From an uncultured Verrucomicrobiae bacterium (GTDB taxonomy: Bacteria > Verrucomicrobiota > Verrucomicrobiia > Chthoniobacterales > JAATET01), in contig CAVRCI010000004.1 of NCBI GenBank assembly GCA_963719495.1, positions 192,001 through 256,000 of the forward strand: DNA of 64,000 nucleotides, in the 5' to 3' direction. Made by a program: the position numbers and the translations under genes. Under the pieces are notes generated by a model that worked only from the letters and a program-made list of their open reading frames with translations, ran no database searches and had not been told where the DNA came from. Position 1 is the first letter of the stretch; each line of letters begins with the position of its first letter. Of the stretch, positions 61,079-64,000 are shown piece after piece.

Positions 61079-62565
61079 TGTCGGGGCCTGTTCAAAAGTG
61101 AACGGAGACTGTTCAAAAGCGGAATGAGAGACTGTTCAAAAGTGGATTGGGGGTTTTGGGGCGTTGTATTGGGAGACGCGGGAAGCGCCTCGGAGGAGGC
61201 CGGAGCGTAGCGGAGGCTGACGGAGAGGCGCTTCCCGCGTGCGCGCCTGCTCCCCGGCCCCAGTGCCCCAAGGATACCAGCCGTTGGGGTGAAGCGTTTG
61301 TGGAACGCGCTGGCTTGCGCGCTCGCCTGGTCGATTATCCCGGATTGAAAAGAAGCAGATTACCCACCGTCTCCCGCCAGATTTTGTCCGTCGCACACTT
61401 GCAGATTTCAATGCAGGACTTCTCGATGCCAGCAATGCCGCAAGCCAGTTAGGCATCGGCAAAACCAGGCTCTATGAACTCCGCACGGCCTACCTCGCAA
61501 ATCGTAATTCCTACGCCCCGGCTGCCAGCGGGGGCGCTCGTCGCGCCGACTGGCCGCCCGAAGTTGAACGCTTTCTCCAAGAGTTTCTGCCGCTTCAGAA
61601 CCCACCCAATTACCAGTTAGTCGCCGACGAACTTGAGCGACTCTGCGGATTCGTTCGGGCGCGCTCGGTCGTCGAGACCCACGTCAAAGCGCGCTACGCC
61701 CATCTGGTGCCCTCGCCGACCCGCAAGCCTCGCGTTTATCGGCGCTTCCGTCGCGCTCGCATCGGCGAACTTTGGCAGCACGACAGTTCGATCCACCAAT
61801 GGTGGCCCGCCGCCGCTAAACAGACTTTACTGCTCACCGTCGACGACCATTCGGGCCTGAATCTAGCAGGTCGCTTCGTGGAATCCGATACCACTTGGAA
61901 CCATTTCGGACATTTCCGCGAATCCTTCGAGACCTGGGGCCTGCCGCAGATCGTTTACACTGATGGCCTCAGCCTCTTCGGGCCAAGTTCCAGCGGCGAT
62001 CACTGCGATCCTAAGAGTGAATTCCAACGCGCCCTCCGCGGACTCGGCGTCGCTCACTTAGTGGCACCGACCCCACAAGCTAAGGGTAAGATCGAGCGCC
62101 GTTTCGGGATTTTCCAGAGACGGCTCGTCACACTACTTGCCCATGCCAGCGCCAAAACTTGGCCCCAGGCCGACGAAATTCTTCAGATGGAGATTGCCAG
62201 GCAGAACCGTACCGTCAATCGCTCCACCGGCAAGGTCCCGCTCCATCTGTGGGAAGCGCAGTCGCTTGGCGACAGCGGGCGCATGCGCCCCATCCCGCCT
62301 TCCGCGCTCCTAGACTTACACCTCTCAATCCGCTGCTCCCGCCGGGTGAACAATGACCACACCATCGACTTCGATGGCTCCAACTACGAGATCTCCAACA
62401 CCCAGCGCAAGAGCGTCACCATCGTCCACCATCCCGGAAGCCGTTTCTGGGTCGTCGAACACCCTCCCAAAACCGTCTGGCCCCCCATTCTAGGCCACTT
62501 CAGCCTCTAAAATCGCTGTTCGCTTTTGAACAGGCGAGAATTCCGCTTTTGAACAGTCGCCGACA
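61079..62565 (+). mobile_element. Insertion sequence, IS1202-family-like, 1487 bp
   Basis: Ends TGTCGG...CCGACA; internal CTGTTCAAAAG three times at left and twice inverted at right; 16-bp TSD CGCCAACGATTTTCAC (61063-61078, 62566-62581). Confidence 0.9.
61344..62510 (+). CDS. DDE (rve-type) transposase; start non-canonical or frameshifted
   Basis: Frame open from 61293; HTH-like AASQLGIGKTRLYELR; ELWQHDSS / YTDG / KGKIERRF triad. Confidence 0.85.
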   Translation: MEKKQITHRLPPDFVRRTLADFNAGLLDASNAASQLGIGKTRLYELRTAYLANRNSYAPAASGGARRADWPPEVERFLQEFLPLQNPPNYQLVADELERLCGFVRARSVVETHVKARYAHLVPSPTRKPRVYRRFRRARIGELWQHDSSIHQWWPAAAKQTLLLTVDDHSGLNLAGRFVESDTTWNHFGHFRESFETWGLPQIVYTDGLSLFGPSSSGDHCDPKSEFQRALRGLGVAHLVAPTPQAKGKIERRFGIFQRRLVTLLAHASAKTWPQADEILQMEIARQNRTVNRSTGKVPLHLWEAQSLGDSGRMRPIPPSALLDLHLSIRCSRRVNNDHTIDFDGSNYEISNTQRKSVTIVHHPGSRFWVVEHPPKTVWPPILGHFSL

Positions 62566-62621
62566 CGCCAACGATTTTCACTTGCATTTTGCCGTAAGGA
62601 TGCGCATACACCATCGCACTC

Positions 62622-63089
62622 GTGTCCCAGATCAATCTCGATTTCAGTGCCGATGGCATTCTCACCCTGCTGCGCAGTCAGGGGCTCCGGGTCACTCGGA
62701 GTCGGAAGGGGATCATGCTGGCGCTTTTCTCGGCGAAACGCCCTCTTTCGCTGACCGAAATTCAGGAAAGCGCGCTCTCCGAAGGCGGAATGTTGCCGGA
62801 TTACGCGACGGTCTTTCGGATGATCACGCTGCTTGAAAACATGAAGCTCGTTCACAAGGTGAACTTGCAGCGCTCGTGCAGCTACTACGAATTGACCAAT
62901 CCGTCGCAGCACTACGACCACATCATTTGCACGGATTGCGGCAGCGTTCAGGCGCTGACGATCCCCTGTCCGGTGACCGACGTCGAGGCGTTGATCGAGA
63001 ACGAACTTCGCTTCACCGGCGTGCACCATTCGCTGGAATTCTTCGGTCGCTGCGCCGACTGTTCGGCGAAGACCGAAGCGGCGGCCTGA
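62622..63089 (+). CDS. Fur-family transcriptional regulator
   Basis: LRSQGLRVT.SR, ATVFR.I.LL, HYDHIICTDCG, EFFGRCADC. Confidence 0.92.
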   Translation: MSQINLDFSADGILTLLRSQGLRVTRSRKGIMLALFSAKRPLSLTEIQESALSEGGMLPDYATVFRMITLLENMKLVHKVNLQRSCSYYELTNPSQHYDHIICTDCGSVQALTIPCPVTDVEALIENELRFTGVHHSLEFFGRCADCSAKTEAAA

Positions 63090-63194
63090 TCCCGGGCTCG
63101 GTGGTTTTCTTTCGCTGGCTCGGCCGAGCCTTGCGGGATGCTGGGGCCGGGGTCGGCAGCTTGACCCACGGGGGGCGGATGGTATGGCTAGGGG

Positions 63195-64000
63195 ATGAGG
63201 CTGGCGTTGGCGGGGTGTTGTTTGGCTCTGGGGGGAATCGCCGGGGGCCTGGCGCTGCAGGCCGGGGAGATCGAGGATCTGGTCTTCAGTTCGCGCGTGG
63301 CCCGGGACGAGGGGATTCCCCAGGGGCGGGTGGCGGCTTTGAAAGCGGTGCTGTCGACCGATCTCGGCGTCGGGGATCGTCGGTCGGTCGCGGTGGAGCT
63401 GGCGCGTTGTTTATTGGAAGCCGACCGCGAGGAGGAGGCGGTCGAGCTGCTCGACGATGGCGAGTTGCTGGGTGGGACCGAGGTGAAATTCTGGCTGGCG
63501 CAATCGCTGGCGCAGACCCGGGAATTCGAGCGGGCGCTGGGACTCTACGCCGAGGTCGCGGCGGTCGAGGGGTATGCCCGGGTCGGTGAGGCCTCGCTCG
63601 GCAAGGCGCGAATGCTCGAGGCCACGGGTCGGCTGCCGGAGGCATTGATCGCGCTCGGGCAGGTGCCGAAGGAGAGTCGGGTGATCCATCCGGCTCGGCT
63701 GAGCGCGGCGGCGCTGCTGATCGACGCGGGCGGTCTCGCGCAGGCCTCGCTGGCGTTGGAAAGCATCCGCGATCCGAATCGGCGGGATGGTGAGGAGAAG
63801 GCGTATCTGCGGGCGCGAATCCAGTTGGGCGAGGGGAAATCGGACGAAGCGCTGGCTTCCTACGTGGCCCTCGAGCCGCGCAATCGGCGGCTTTCGGCGG
63901 GGGTCGCACTCGGGAAAGCCGAGGCTCGGTTGCGAATGGGGGACGTGGTCGCGGCCGAGCGGGGACTGGAGAGCTTCATTCGAGAGAATCCCCGGGGGCC
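63195..64000 (+). CDS. Secreted TPR-repeat protein (3' truncated by window)
   Basis: ATG 63195, MRLALAGCCLALGG signal peptide, TPR-like FWLAQSLAQ..EFERAL.LY repeats; open to the window end. Confidence 0.8.
   Translation, partial: MRLALAGCCLALGGIAGGLALQAGEIEDLVFSSRVARDEGIPQGRVAALKAVLSTDLGVGDRRSVAVELARCLLEADREEEAVELLDDGELLGGTEVKFWLAQSLAQTREFERALGLYAEVAAVEGYARVGEASLGKARMLEATGRLPEALIALGQVPKESRVIHPARLSAAALLIDAGGLAQASLALESIRDPNRRDGEEKAYLRARIQLGEGKSDEALASYVALEPRNRRLSAGVALGKAEARLRMGDVVAAERGLESFIRENPRG

Overview
GC-rich bacterial chromosome segment, most likely Verrucomicrobiota (inferred from the LpxC-FabZ fusion, the long N-terminally extended GreA and a PEP-CTERM protein). Core content: end of a DUF58/BatA/VWA/DUF4159 operon, prs-rplY-pth-rpsF-ssb, gltB, opgG/opgH, tRNA-Ser(GGA), an A1-type heme-copper oxidase operon with no subunit II gene, hppA, SMUG1-type UDG, two CNNM genes, a cysJ-like gene, mpl-greA-eno-ftsB-prfB (programmed +1 frameshift), lpxC/fabZ-lpxA, an amidase, hisF and a Fur-family gene. 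Most unusual items: (1) a secreted, PEP-CTERM-anchored protein built from three circularly permuted phage tail-collar units; (2) two copies of a non-autonomous element with 22-bp TIRs, exact 9-bp target duplications, a variable (GAAC)n microsatellite and long dyads; (3) an orphan yefM-yoeB integron cassette whose attC is split into two overlapping halves; (4) tRNA-linked tandem repeats; (5) an IS1202-like IS with a 16-bp target duplication, no canonical start codon and a target resembling a Fur box. There are also two further TA-flanked MITEs, an alginate-lyase-like pseudogene and several REP-like families. All family calls come from motif recognition by eye; no database search was run.
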